Origin: Chloroflexota bacterium
Lineage (GTDB): Bacteria; Chloroflexota; Anaerolineae; UBA1429
DNA length: 64,000 nt
Assembly: GCA_021372475.1 (NCBI GenBank)
Contig: JAJFUJ010000139.1
Location: 9,535-73,534 of the forward strand
Direction: 5' to 3'
Both the position numbers and the translations under genes were made by a program. The notes below the pieces were generated by a model. That model made no database searches and was not told the origin of the DNA. It worked only from the letters and a program-made list of their open reading frames with translations. This document shows, one piece after another, positions 50,096-60,361 of this stretch. The stretch's first letter is position 1. The number at the start of each line of letters is the position of its first letter.

Positions 50096-50989
50096 ATGAA
50101 GGCAAGCTTGATTCAAGCATTACAAAATGGTGATATCATCGTTGGCGATGGGGCTATGGGCACCACCCTGCAAAAACAGGGATTGCCGGCTGGCGTGTTG
50201 CCCGAATTGTGGAATATAGAAAACCCCCAAGTAATAAAGCAGGTTCACCTCGACTATATTGCGGCAGGAGCCCAGTTCATAACCACCAACACATTGAACT
50301 GCAATATACCGATGATGCGGGAAGCTGGGATCGAGAAACGCCGTCTGGAGCTGGCGCGCGCCGGCGCTAGAATCGCGCTCGAGGCCGCCGCAAGTCAGGT
50401 TTGGGTAGGGGCCTCTATCGGGCCGACCGGCCAGCTACTGGAGCCGCTGGGTTCGCTGACCATTGACGAGCTCGAAACAGATTACCGCCAGCAGATGGAG
50501 GTATTCGCGGAAACCGGAGTGGACTTTCTCAAGATGGAGACCCATCAGGATGTTGAGGAGGCTTGCGCAGCCGTACGCATGGCCAAGCGCTATACTCATC
50601 TGCCGGTATGGTGCACTTTTGCTTTTAACACGCGCGGCAGGACGTTGATGGGCTTGCGTGCTGCGGATGCTGCGCGACGTCTGCAGGAAGAAGGGGCCGA
50701 TATAGTCGGCGCGAACTGCGGAGAGGGACCAGCAGCGATTGAAGCTGCCTTGCGCGCTATGCGCCCGGCAACTAGTCTGTTCCTCGCAGCGCAATCCAAC
50801 GCGGGCATCCCCCAGCTTGGAGAAGGCGGGCATACTATTTGGGACGTTGGCCCTGAGCAAATGGGCGTATACGCCAAGAGCTTTATTGCTCTGGGAGCAC
50901 AGCTCTTGTCGGGTTGCTGCGGCACAACCCCCGCATTTATTGCTGCACTCGATCGAGCTGTCCACAATATCGATGCACACTCAGATTGA
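50096..50989 (+). CDS. Homocysteine S-methyltransferase domain protein (MmuM/BHMT/MetH-N-like)
   Basis: VGDGAMGT N-terminus and a zinc-ligand region GCCGTTP near the C-terminus. Start at ATG 50096; the listed ORF begins at 49886. Confidence 0.75.
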   Translation: MKASLIQALQNGDIIVGDGAMGTTLQKQGLPAGVLPELWNIENPQVIKQVHLDYIAAGAQFITTNTLNCNIPMMREAGIEKRRLELARAGARIALEAAASQVWVGASIGPTGQLLEPLGSLTIDELETDYRQQMEVFAETGVDFLKMETHQDVEEACAAVRMAKRYTHLPVWCTFAFNTRGRTLMGLRAADAARRLQEEGADIVGANCGEGPAAIEAALRAMRPATSLFLAAQSNAGIPQLGEGGHTIWDVGPEQMGVYAKSFIALGAQLLSGCCGTTPAFIAALDRAVHNIDAHSD

Positions 50990-51006
50990 TATCAGGGAGG
51001 TTCTGG

Positions 51007-52272
51007 ATGGTCAAACTTGCGATTGATGGGGGCATACCCGTTCGTTCTGCTCCGCTACAAGGCGGTTTCCATGGGTCTGCCGCGATAGATCAAACCGAAA
51101 TCAACGCCGTTACGAACGTACTTAAAAAGAAGCGCCTGTTTCGCTTCCTGGGTGATGAGCAGGAGTCTGAGGCCGCCCAAGTGGAAGCCTGGTATAAGGC
51201 CAGACTTGGTCGGCAGCATGCGCTCGCTGTTAACGGCGGAACGGCGGCGCTCATTTGCGCAATGTACGGCTTGGATTTAGGCCCTGGCGATGAGGTAATC
51301 ATCCCCGCACACACCTATGTGGCGACGGCCGCTGCCGTCATCGCTGCCGGTGCTGTGCCAGTCATTGCTGAAATCGATAATTCACTCAACATCGATCCGA
51401 GCGATGTCGAGAAAAAAATCACCCCCTACACAAAGGCGATTGTGCCGGTGCATATGCGCGGTATACCTGCCCGCATGGCAGAAATTATGGCGATTTCGGA
51501 AAAGCATGGCATCCCGGTTATTGAGGATGTCGCCCAGGCCAATGGCGGAAGCTACCGCGGTAAATACCTCGGCTCGATGGGCAAGGTTGGCTGCTTTAGC
51601 TTCCAGCAGTATAAAATAATCACCTCCGGCGAAGGCGGCATTTTTGTCACTGATGACCAGGATGTCTATTACCGCGGACGAATGCAGCACGACTGCGCCA
51701 TCGGATTCTGGCCAAGCGTCGACAAGACCCAACACGATTATGCAGTCTCGGGGGAAAACTACCGCATCTCTGAGCTGGCCGCTTCATTGGTACTGACACA
51801 GTGCGGCCGGCTGGACTCGCTGCTGTCTACGTTCCGCGCCACTAAAAAGCGCATCACCCAGGGAGTTAAGGACATCAAGGGATTAGCTTTGCAAGACGTG
51901 CCAGATCCGGAGGGTGATTGCGGCATTGCCTTTGTATTCTTTGCCCCCACGCCCGACTTGGCAAAGAGGCTCTCTGCAGCCTTAAACGCCGAGAATATCC
52001 GTTGTGGTACTATATACGACAACACCATTCCCGACCGCCACATCTATGCGAACTGGCCGTTTATGACAAGCGGTAAAGCTGAAATTCGGCGAATGCCGTG
52101 GATGAGCCCTTATTATAAGGGAAGCGTGCGCAACTATACACGCGAGCAATGTCCGCAGTCGCTGGGGTATCTGGAGCGCGCCGTTATGATGTTTATCGAT
52201 CAATTCTTCACCGCCCAGGATGCGGATCAGGTGGTTGAGGCGATTACTAAAGTAGCCTCGGCGCTGCTTTGA
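51007..52272 (+). CDS. DegT/DnrJ/EryC1/StrS-family PLP-dependent (sugar) aminotransferase
   Basis: Family N-terminus and a PLP-Lys region (FSFQQYKIITSGEGG). GGGAGG Shine-Dalgarno 7 nt before ATG 51007. Confidence 0.75.
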   Translation: MVKLAIDGGIPVRSAPLQGGFHGSAAIDQTEINAVTNVLKKKRLFRFLGDEQESEAAQVEAWYKARLGRQHALAVNGGTAALICAMYGLDLGPGDEVIIPAHTYVATAAAVIAAGAVPVIAEIDNSLNIDPSDVEKKITPYTKAIVPVHMRGIPARMAEIMAISEKHGIPVIEDVAQANGGSYRGKYLGSMGKVGCFSFQQYKIITSGEGGIFVTDDQDVYYRGRMQHDCAIGFWPSVDKTQHDYAVSGENYRISELAASLVLTQCGRLDSLLSTFRATKKRITQGVKDIKGLALQDVPDPEGDCGIAFVFFAPTPDLAKRLSAALNAENIRCGTIYDNTIPDRHIYANWPFMTSGKAEIRRMPWMSPYYKGSVRNYTREQCPQSLGYLERAVMMFIDQFFTAQDADQVVEAITKVASALL

Positions 52273-52319
52273 CATACAGCGCTGCTGGTGATAGACTGCA
52301 GAAAAGTGAGGATCCGGAA

Positions 52320-52546
52320 TAGTATCCAGCACACAGCGTTCAGAGAGCTTCTACCTGGCTGCAATAGAAGCCGCCAAAAGGCTGGGAAATGGGCCGGTGA
52401 ACTGCTGAGGTGATAAGCCTCGGCCGGGATGATACTCGTTATCACATATTGAGGGAAGAACGATCGGCATAAATCGTTCTTAATCAGGGTGGCACCGCGA
52501 GATAACCTCTCGTCCCTGTTATACACAACAGGGCGGGAGGTTTTTA
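52320..52546 (+). promoter_or_regulatory. T-box riboswitch leader for trpS
   Basis: Conserved T-box sequence AATCAGGGTGGCACCGCGAG (52482-52501). Terminator hairpin CCTCTCGTCCCTGTT...AACAGGGCGGGAGG plus TTTTTATTT (52506-52549). Candidate UGG specifier in ...GAAAUGGG.... Confidence 0.7.
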
Positions 52547-52566
52547 TTTAGCCGTGAAGGAGCAAT

Positions 52567-53622
52567 ATGGAACGTAAGCGCATATTGACTGGAGACAGGC
52601 CTACTGGCAAACTCCATCTGGGACACTATGTAGGTAGCCTGGCTAATCGCGTTAGGCTGCAGGATGAATACGATTGTTTTTTTATTGTGGCGGACCTGCA
52701 TACTCTGACAACCCGCCCTGAAAAGGAGCATATTGAAGCACTGCGCCAAAACGTCCATGACGTTGTGCTGGATTACCTATCGGTGGGAATCGATCCGGCG
52801 CGCAGCGTCATCTATCTACAGTCCGCTGCGCCCGCCGTCTATGAGATGAACCTCTTCTTTGAAATGCTGGTAACGCTGCCCAGGCTGCAGCGCGTGCCCA
52901 GCATCAAGGATATGGCGCGGGCGGCTAACCTGAATGATGAAACCCTGCCGTTCGGTTTGGTCGGTTACCCAGTGCTGCAGGCGGCCGATATCCTGATGCC
53001 GCGCGCCAACCTGGTGCCCGTGGGCAGAGATAACGAGGCGCATGTTGAGGTTGCACGCGAGATTGCGCGGCGTTTTAACTATCTGTACGGTGAGGTATTT
53101 CCCCTGCCGGAAGTGATGGTTGGCGAGGTGCCATCCCTTATCGGCACCGACGGCCAGGCTAAAATGTCCAAGAGCCTGGGTAATGCCATCTTTTTATCCG
53201 ACGATGCCAAAACTGTCACTCGTAAGGTGACTGGTATGTACACTGACCCTAACCGTATCAGCGCAGATATTCCGGGTCAGGTAGAGGGGAACCCGGTCTT
53301 TGCCTACCACGATGCCTTTAACCCTAACCTTGCCGAGGTTGAGGACCTTAAAGCGCGCTACCGCCAAGGTAAAGTGGGTGATGTCGAGGTAAAAGACAAG
53401 CTTACGCGCGCACTGAATACCTTTATGGATCCGATTCGCGAGCGCCGGGCCACATTCGAAGCCCAGAAGGGATTAGTTGAACAGGTGATATACGAAGGAA
53501 CCCAGCGTGCATCCCATGAGGGCGAAGAGACCGTCTTGCTGATGCGCAAGGCAATGGGTTTATCGGGCCTGTGGAATCGTATCTCACGCAAAGCGCGCGA
53601 GGCGCAGGAGGCCAAAGCCTGA
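52567..53622 (+). CDS. trpS: Tryptophanyl-tRNA synthetase
   Basis: Class I motifs [14 protein letters not shown] (HIGH) and KMSKS. 351 aa. Confidence 0.93.
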   Translation: MERKRILTGDRPTGKLHLGHYVGSLANRVRLQDEYDCFFIVADLHTLTTRPEKEHIEALRQNVHDVVLDYLSVGIDPARSVIYLQSAAPAVYEMNLFFEMLVTLPRLQRVPSIKDMARAANLNDETLPFGLVGYPVLQAADILMPRANLVPVGRDNEAHVEVAREIARRFNYLYGEVFPLPEVMVGEVPSLIGTDGQAKMSKSLGNAIFLSDDAKTVTRKVTGMYTDPNRISADIPGQVEGNPVFAYHDAFNPNLAEVEDLKARYRQGKVGDVEVKDKLTRALNTFMDPIRERRATFEAQKGLVEQVIYEGTQRASHEGEETVLLMRKAMGLSGLWNRISRKAREAQEAKA

Positions 53623-53628
53623 ATTCTA

Positions 53629-54363
53629 TCAACGGGGCACAAAATAAGGAGAAGGCTGGTCGTGCTGTTTTCTACGCGTGACCAGCCCAATCAGCAGACC
53701 ATATACAAAACCGCCGACATGGGCGAACCAGGCAGTCCCCCCACTGGCACTCGTAACCACCGAAGCCGCTCCGTTAAATAATTGCAGGATAAACCAGAAG
53801 CCCAATACCAACAGCGCCGGCAATGTTGTTATCCTGATAAAGCCCAGAATTACGATAATCCCCTTAACGCGTTGGCGCGGGAAGAGCACCAGATAAGCGC
53901 CCAACACGGAAGCTATGGCGCCGCTGGCGCCCAGGATGGGCACTTCAGAGGAAGGATCTACTGCTACCTGAACCAACGAAGCGATAACCCCGCCAGCCAG
54001 GTAGAAAAGGAGATATGCAACATGCCCGAGATGATCCTCGATATTATCACCAAAAATCGCCAGGTAAAGCATATTGCCGATAATATGCTGCCAACTGGCG
54101 TGCATAAACATCGCGCTGAGTAAGGTGAATACCGAAGGCAAGTCCGGACTAACGGTGATGCGCGCAGGGATTAGCGCGGCTGTGGAAATAAACCGGTTCA
54201 AGGCGGGCCCTGAGAGCAGTGCCTCGTATAGCCATACAATGACATTTAGCGCGATCAATATCCAGTTGACAACTGTGGGCCTTCTGCGTGGGGTGTCATC
54301 GCCAATTGGTATCATCCGTATGCCTCTCGTAGAATCTGCAGTTGTTATTATACAATAAACCAA
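53629..54363 (-). CDS. Rhomboid-family intramembrane serine protease
   Basis: Six TM helices. Catalytic GASGAI (Ser) and a downstream His in the last TM helix (AHVGGF). Confidence 0.8.
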   Translation of the reverse strand: MVYCIITTADSTRGIRMIPIGDDTPRRRPTVVNWILIALNVIVWLYEALLSGPALNRFISTAALIPARITVSPDLPSVFTLLSAMFMHASWQHIIGNMLYLAIFGDNIEDHLGHVAYLLFYLAGGVIASLVQVAVDPSSEVPILGASGAIASVLGAYLVLFPRQRVKGIIVILGFIRITTLPALLVLGFWFILQLFNGAASVVTSASGGTAWFAHVGGFVYGLLIGLVTRRKQHDQPSPYFVPR

Positions 54364-54427
54364 ACACTATATCAGACTGAAACTTGCTTGTTCATCGTGC
54401 GGCCATATAATTGTAATCTGTTTTGCA

Positions 54428-57403
54428 TTGCAGCAAATGCCCAAGGGGGTGTTAGTGACAGCGAATACCACGCCAATGCCTTCACGCGATACCGCAGCCA
54501 AACCCGAGGATGAGAATACCTTGCAGAGGCAGGCGTCCAGCAGTCTGCCACGGCCTCCCATACGTGGCTTTGTCGGTCGGATTGGAGAATTGCATGCTCT
54601 TGAACAAGCTCTGGCGGCCGACAGCAGCACTGCGCTGATAAGCATAACTGGGTCGGAAGGCAATGGAAAAACCGCTTTGGCCGCTCAGGCTGCTCGCAAC
54701 CTGGCTGCCCAGGGGGTCTTTAGGCAAGTTGTCTACAGCAATTTTGCTGGGGGAGGTGGTGTGGATGCTGCCCTATGGGAGCTTTACGCCGTTCTGCCGC
54801 AAAAGGTCGATCCTCATGTCGATAACACCGCTCAACTAAAGCAATGCCTCGCAGACTCCTCTACACTCATCCTCTGGGATCATCTCGAGGCGCTGCTGCC
54901 CGAAGGCGACGCGCCTGTAGTAGAGTCAGAGCTGCGAACCTTGCTGCAATTCGGGGTCCAGCTCTCCGGAGCTGGGTGCAAGCTGTTAATTATCTCGGAT
55001 AAGCCGTTGCCGGGATTTAATAGCTTCCCTGCGAGCCTGTCGCTGCCGGAACTCGGGCCTCTTACGGATGCCGACGCACGCGAGCTGCTTCAAGCGGTCA
55101 GCCCTCCCGCACTTGCGGCCGAAGATGCCGACCGAGTGCTCAAGCTCAGTTACAATCAGCCCATTGCGATCCAAGCGTTGGCCGCTCTCTTGCACCACTT
55201 CACACCCGTTGACCTCTACACGATGATTGAGCAGGTGCTGCCGGGGTCGACCACTTCCGGCATTTGGAGCGGGCAGCAAGCCCACGAAATGGCTCTGAGC
55301 GCGATCTGGCAAACCTTATCAGTTGAATCCAGAGAATCGCTCTATGGTTTGGGGATATTCTTGACCGGTGGAATGGAACGGCTCGTCAACCAGGTTGAAG
55401 CGAAGGATGCCGAGTCCTGGCGCCGCTTTCTATTACTGACCACCCAATGCGGGCTAATATATCAAGAACAGGTTGCACCTTTGGCGATCCCGTATCTGCA
55501 TTTACACCCAGCCCTGCTGCACTTTACTCAGCGCCACCTCGCGCGTGAAGCGCGGCTACAGCTAAATGCATGGTACTGTGCCAGTTATCTCGGCCTTTTA
55601 AAATGGATCCACGAGCAGGAAAAGCGTTCCAACAGAGAATTGCTTCAACTGCTTTGGATTGAGATGCCCAATTTCCGCCGCGCGTTTGCTTTACTTGCCT
55701 CCAGCCAGCAGCTCACCTATATCCAAGAGTACAGCCAGGCACTGAGTTATGCCATGGACAAGTTCGGATTGCAGAGGGAAATCGAGTTCGTCGGTGAAGT
55801 CGTTCGTTCGCTAATGCAGGCCGCTTTGCCCAAGGACGGTCCATTGGCGCGAAATGGCGTGTTGTTTATGCTGGAGCAGGTCCAAAAATTGCTCGATGCT
55901 GGCAAAGGGCAGCAGGCAGTTGCTATCCTGCAGCCAATGTGCCAGCGTATCGAAAAAGACGACCAGCTCGCCTACAAAGGAGATGATGCCAAGTTTGACC
56001 GGGCCCGAGCGAATCACCTGCTCGGTAAAGCCTTGGTAGTGAATAACAAACTACCGGTGGCGCTTGCGGCCATGTTGCGCGCCCTCACGATGTTCGATCA
56101 ACTCACAAACCAAACTGACGCTCGTACAGAGATGCTCGAACTACTACTCGACCTTACCGATCTGCTGCTTACTGCCCGTGAGATAGATCAGGCGAAAAAG
56201 ATAGCCGAACGAGGATTGCTCGTCGCTGCCGATCTCGACGATAAAGAAGCTTTAGGGAAGCTCAATTACCGTTTGGCGTTAATTACCCAGCAACACCAAG
56301 ATCACGAGCTGTCGCAGCGCTACGCCTCACAAGCTCTGGATTACTATCAGGCTGCCGCAAATCCGGAGGGGCAAGCTGAAGCCTGGCGTCATTTGGCAAT
56401 GCTCAGCGTGCAGCGGGAAAGGGCCGACGACGCGATTCAGCAATTAAACCAGGCACTGGAGCTAGCCCGACAAGCATCCAATAAGCTGCTTGAGGCGGAC
56501 ATTCTGGTTCGGCTAGGTACGATTTGCACACAGAAAGAACGCCCAAATGAGGCGGAGGCCAACTATATTTTGGCATTAGGTATCTACCAAGATCACCATT
56601 TCAAACCAGGTCAGGCATCTACCGAAGTCTTGTTAAGCGAATTGCTCCTTAATAATGGACAAGCTGCTAGCGCTCGTATCCATGCTGAAGCTGCAAGAGC
56701 TCTGGTTGAAGGGGCAGGGCCAGGCGCTCAGCCCTGGGCGATATTCGACCTGCTGGAACGCATTGCCACGGCAGAAGGCGATTCAGAACGTGCTTTGATG
56801 TGGCGCCGTCGCACGCGTGAGAGCTTTACCGAGGCGCCGCAGGCTGAGCCTATCCTGATGCGCTGGCGTCCGATTTTGCGGAAATTGGCGGCCGCTTGCA
56901 ATGGCGAAACGCTTGATGAAGAGACGCTAGCCAATCTGGATAAAATGGAAGCAGAGATTAACAATCCCGAACTCTTCAACACCATCTGGCGCATCCTAGG
57001 GGGTGAACGCGGGAGCGCGCTATATGAGCCGCTCGGGATTGGTGAGGCTGTAGTCATCAAGCGCCTGCTCGATGGCATCGAACATCCGGCAATCTTGGCA
57101 GAAGCGCCAGGAATCCCTAAAACGAACCAGACGCCTTCCGGTTTCTCTGTCGAGCAGTTTATCTCCGCGGTTAAGGCAGCTCAGCAAGGTGACGCTCAGG
57201 CGATTACTGCGACCGAGAATTTCATCCAGATGCTGGAAAGTAAAGAGGCGCCGCAAACGTTGCACGATTTTGCGGCTGCTATACGGCGCATTTTGGCAGG
57301 CGAGCGCGGCGCTACTATTGCTGACGGCCTGCCCGATGAGCTTGCGCAGGTACTTCAAACCTTGATTATATCTTTGGATGACACGAATTTACCTGCCGAG
57401 TGA
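54428..57403 (+). CDS. STAND/NB-ARC-type P-loop NTPase with a C-terminal TPR-repeat array
   Basis: FVGRIGELHALEQAL...ISITGSEGNGKTALA (Walker A), hhhhDD Walker B (LILWDHLE), then about 500 aa of TPR-like helical repeats. No recognisable DNA-binding or enzymatic effector domain. Confidence 0.65.
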   Translation: MQQMPKGVLVTANTTPMPSRDTAAKPEDENTLQRQASSSLPRPPIRGFVGRIGELHALEQALAADSSTALISITGSEGNGKTALAAQAARNLAAQGVFRQVVYSNFAGGGGVDAALWELYAVLPQKVDPHVDNTAQLKQCLADSSTLILWDHLEALLPEGDAPVVESELRTLLQFGVQLSGAGCKLLIISDKPLPGFNSFPASLSLPELGPLTDADARELLQAVSPPALAAEDADRVLKLSYNQPIAIQALAALLHHFTPVDLYTMIEQVLPGSTTSGIWSGQQAHEMALSAIWQTLSVESRESLYGLGIFLTGGMERLVNQVEAKDAESWRRFLLLTTQCGLIYQEQVAPLAIPYLHLHPALLHFTQRHLAREARLQLNAWYCASYLGLLKWIHEQEKRSNRELLQLLWIEMPNFRRAFALLASSQQLTYIQEYSQALSYAMDKFGLQREIEFVGEVVRSLMQAALPKDGPLARNGVLFMLEQVQKLLDAGKGQQAVAILQPMCQRIEKDDQLAYKGDDAKFDRARANHLLGKALVVNNKLPVALAAMLRALTMFDQLTNQTDARTEMLELLLDLTDLLLTAREIDQAKKIAERGLLVAADLDDKEALGKLNYRLALITQQHQDHELSQRYASQALDYYQAAANPEGQAEAWRHLAMLSVQRERADDAIQQLNQALELARQASNKLLEADILVRLGTICTQKERPNEAEANYILALGIYQDHHFKPGQASTEVLLSELLLNNGQAASARIHAEAARALVEGAGPGAQPWAIFDLLERIATAEGDSERALMWRRRTRESFTEAPQAEPILMRWRPILRKLAAACNGETLDEETLANLDKMEAEINNPELFNTIWRILGGERGSALYEPLGIGEAVVIKRLLDGIEHPAILAEAPGIPKTNQTPSGFSVEQFISAVKAAQQGDAQAITATENFIQMLESKEAPQTLHDFAAAIRRILAGERGATIADGLPDELAQVLQTLIISLDDTNLPAE

Positions 57404-57466
57404 TTTTATCCGCATTATCCACAAGTACGAATAGCATGTGGATAACCTGAAACTGGAGCATGAACA

Positions 57467-58207
57467 ATGCATTATAAGTTGATTGCCTGCGATGTCTTTG
57501 CCAGATTAGCTTACTATTGCGCTGCCTTTTCGCCTCATATCATCGATATCGAACTGTTGAAAAAAGGCTTGCACAACATTCCTACTAACCTCAATCAAGA
57601 GCTGAGCGAACGCATCAACCACATAGAACCAGGCAACTATGATGCCATATTGCTTGGATACGGCCTGTGCGGTAACTCGATCAGTGGAATTCGTGCGACT
57701 CATACCCCAGTCATCATCCCGCGCGCCCATGACTGCATCACCCTATTTCTGGGGTCCGCCGAAACTTATGGAAAGGAAGCCCGCGCAAACCCGGGCACCT
57801 ACTGGTACACGCCCGATTATATCGAGCGCGGTGGAGCGGCCGGCGACGTAGTGGCACTGGGAGCCTCCGTCAGTGGGAACATGGATGAGGTATATCAGGA
57901 GTATGTCGAAAAATACGGCAAAGATAATGCCGATTATTTGATGGAAGTGATGGGCGCTTGGACCCAGCACTATAACCGAGCCGTCTATATACGCACTTGT
58001 GAAGCAACCTTCCCCGACCTCTCAGCCCAGGCGCGCGAGACTGCTGACCGGCGCGGCTGGAACTATGTGGAAATGGCCGGCAGCCTGCTGCTCATCCGCG
58101 ACTTGCTCGAAGGCCGCTGGGATGCAAAGCGCTTCCTAACCGTTCTACCAGGACATACGGTCGAGGCGAGCAATGATGAAGGTATCATTGGCGAACACGG
58201 TCAGTAA
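57467..58207 (+). CDS. Hypothetical protein (DUF1638-like?)
   Basis: 246-aa soluble protein 64 nt downstream of the STAND gene. The family assignment is from memory only. Confidence 0.4.
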   Translation: MHYKLIACDVFARLAYYCAAFSPHIIDIELLKKGLHNIPTNLNQELSERINHIEPGNYDAILLGYGLCGNSISGIRATHTPVIIPRAHDCITLFLGSAETYGKEARANPGTYWYTPDYIERGGAAGDVVALGASVSGNMDEVYQEYVEKYGKDNADYLMEVMGAWTQHYNRAVYIRTCEATFPDLSAQARETADRRGWNYVEMAGSLLLIRDLLEGRWDAKRFLTVLPGHTVEASNDEGIIGEHGQ

Positions 58208-58283
58208 CTACCTGCGTTTGGTCTATCCAAGTCGTTAGGCTAAAATAAGTTTACCAAAACTATGCAGGGTTAGGAGCTGCTTT

Positions 58284-60293
58284 ATGTCAAAGATTCCGAG
58301 TTCAGAGACAAGCCGCCTGGCAGTTAATACGATTCGTATGATGGCAGTTGACGGCGTTGAAAAAGCCAATTCCGGGCACCCTGGCTTGCCGATGGGCGCA
58401 GCCAATTATGCCTTCACGCTTTGGTCGCGCTATCTGCGTTTCAACCCGCAGGACCCCGCGTGGCCAAACCGCGATCGTTTTATCCTTTCGGCAGGTCATG
58501 GGTCGATGCTGCTGTACACCTTATTGCACCTCGCTGGCTTTGATTTGCCGCTTGCTGAGCTGCAGCGCTTCAGGCAGTGGGAGAGCAAAACGCCGGGCCA
58601 CCCCGAATACGGTGTAACGCCGGGCGTCGAAACCACCACCGGCCCACTGGGAGCCGGATTTTCAAATGGCGTGGGGATGGCAATCGCCGCCAAGATGTCC
58701 GCTGCCCGCTACAATACGGCTGAGCATACCATTGTAGACCACTATATCTATGGCATCGTAAGTGACGGCGACTTGATGGAGGGGGTGGCTTCCGAGGCTG
58801 CCTCCCTGGCCGGCCACCTGAAACTGGGCAATATCATCTATTTTTATGATGATAATAGAATCTCTATCGAAGGCTCGACCGACCTCGCCTTTACCGAGGA
58901 GCGCGGCAAGCGCTTTGAGGCTTACGGGTGGCAGGTGCTCTACATCGACGGCCACGACTGCGAAGCTGCTGCTCGAGCCATTGAAGCAGCGCAGCAGGAT
59001 ACTGAGCGTCCGTCGCTTATCATCGCCCGCACGCATATCGCCATGGGCAGCCCCAACAAAGTGGATACCGCCGAGGCGCATGGCGCGCCGCTAGGTGCAG
59101 CCGAAGTTCAGGCCACTAAGAAGAACCTCGGCTGGCCTGATGAACCGGCTTTCTACGTGCCGGACGCAGTTCGCCAGCTCTTTAAGGAACGCGTAGCTGA
59201 ACTGAAGGTAGAATATACCAAATGGCAGCAGACTTGGGCAGCATGGGCTAAGGCGAATCCGGAACTAGCCGCGCAACGCCAGGCTTCCTTAAACAAACAG
59301 CTTCCGGACAATCTGGAACAGGAGCTGTTGAGCACGCTTTCCGAGAAACCGGCAGCTACACGCCGCATCAGTGGAGATATGATTCAGAAAATCGCGGCTC
59401 TCGTGCCCGGCGTTGTCGGAGGGTCGGCTGACCTTGCACCTTCCACCTCAACCTTGATGAAAAAGGAGCAGGATTTTAGCGCAGCCTGCCGTAGCGGCCG
59501 CAACCTGCATTTTGGCGTGCGCGAGCATGGCATGGGAGGCATAGTCAACGGTATAGCTTTATACGGAGGATTCATCCCATACGGCGCCACCTTCCTTGTC
59601 TTTGCTGATTATATGCGCCCAACCCTGCGTCTGGCCAGCATCATGGGCATCCAGTCAATTTTTATCTTTACCCATGACAGCATTTTCGTCGGCGAAGACG
59701 GCCCCACCCATGAGCCAATTGAGCAGATTGCATCCCTGCGCGCTATCCCAAGGATGACGGTTATCCGCCCGGCTGACGGCGCAGAAGTTGCGGCTGCCTG
59801 GGCTTTTGCCCTCCGCCACCACAACGGGCCAACAGCTTTGATTCTATCCCGCCAGAATCTACCGGTCATCCAGCGCGATAAGGAGTTTAGTTTTGAAGCC
59901 TTTAATCGCGGGGGGTATGTAGTCAGCGAAACCGCCGGCCGTGCTCCAGACGTGGTATTAGTCGGAACAGGTTCAGAGCTGCAGCTTGCGGTTGCCGCTA
60001 AATCAGCGGTTGAAGCATTGGGGTTGGCCGCTCGCGTGGTCTCGATGCCTTCGGTAGAGACCTTCCTGCGCCAGGATGAGGCATATCGTAGGGCAGTCAT
60101 CACGCCAGGCAGCAAGCGTGTGGTCATCGAGGCAGGTATCCGGCAAGGATGGGACCGCGTCGTCGGCAGCGATGCCTTGTTCATCACTCAGGAAGATTAC
60201 GGACACTCAGCCCCGGCTGAGGTATTGGCTGAAAAGCTCGGCTTCACCCCTGCTCAGGTATCCGCTAAAGTAGTTGCCTGGTTAAAGAACTAG
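58284..60293 (+). CDS. tkt: Transketolase
   Basis: ThDP-binding N-terminus (GHPG..MG; GDG..MEG), a pyrimidine-binding domain and a C-terminal domain. 669 aa. Confidence 0.95.
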   Translation: MSKIPSSETSRLAVNTIRMMAVDGVEKANSGHPGLPMGAANYAFTLWSRYLRFNPQDPAWPNRDRFILSAGHGSMLLYTLLHLAGFDLPLAELQRFRQWESKTPGHPEYGVTPGVETTTGPLGAGFSNGVGMAIAAKMSAARYNTAEHTIVDHYIYGIVSDGDLMEGVASEAASLAGHLKLGNIIYFYDDNRISIEGSTDLAFTEERGKRFEAYGWQVLYIDGHDCEAAARAIEAAQQDTERPSLIIARTHIAMGSPNKVDTAEAHGAPLGAAEVQATKKNLGWPDEPAFYVPDAVRQLFKERVAELKVEYTKWQQTWAAWAKANPELAAQRQASLNKQLPDNLEQELLSTLSEKPAATRRISGDMIQKIAALVPGVVGGSADLAPSTSTLMKKEQDFSAACRSGRNLHFGVREHGMGGIVNGIALYGGFIPYGATFLVFADYMRPTLRLASIMGIQSIFIFTHDSIFVGEDGPTHEPIEQIASLRAIPRMTVIRPADGAEVAAAWAFALRHHNGPTALILSRQNLPVIQRDKEFSFEAFNRGGYVVSETAGRAPDVVLVGTGSELQLAVAAKSAVEALGLAARVVSMPSVETFLRQDEAYRRAVITPGSKRVVIEAGIRQGWDRVVGSDALFITQEDYGHSAPAEVLAEKLGFTPAQVSAKVVAWLKN

Positions 60294-60312
60294 TCTGGTT
60301 GTTAATATAAAA

Positions 60313-60352
60313 CAAGCGAGTCGGCTTACATGACTCGCTTGTTTTGTGTATT
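60313..60352. terminator. Bidirectional intrinsic terminator between tkt and the MFS gene
   Basis: Perfect 12-bp stem AACAAGCGAGTC / GACTCGCTTGTT with T-rich flanks on both strands. Confidence 0.6.
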
Positions 60353-60361
60353 CACTCAAAA

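Noticed and set aside
54367-54727. Short minus-strand ORFs overlapping the 5' end of the STAND gene
   Set aside because: They are antisense or low-complexity frames within or adjacent to a long, well-supported plus-strand CDS.
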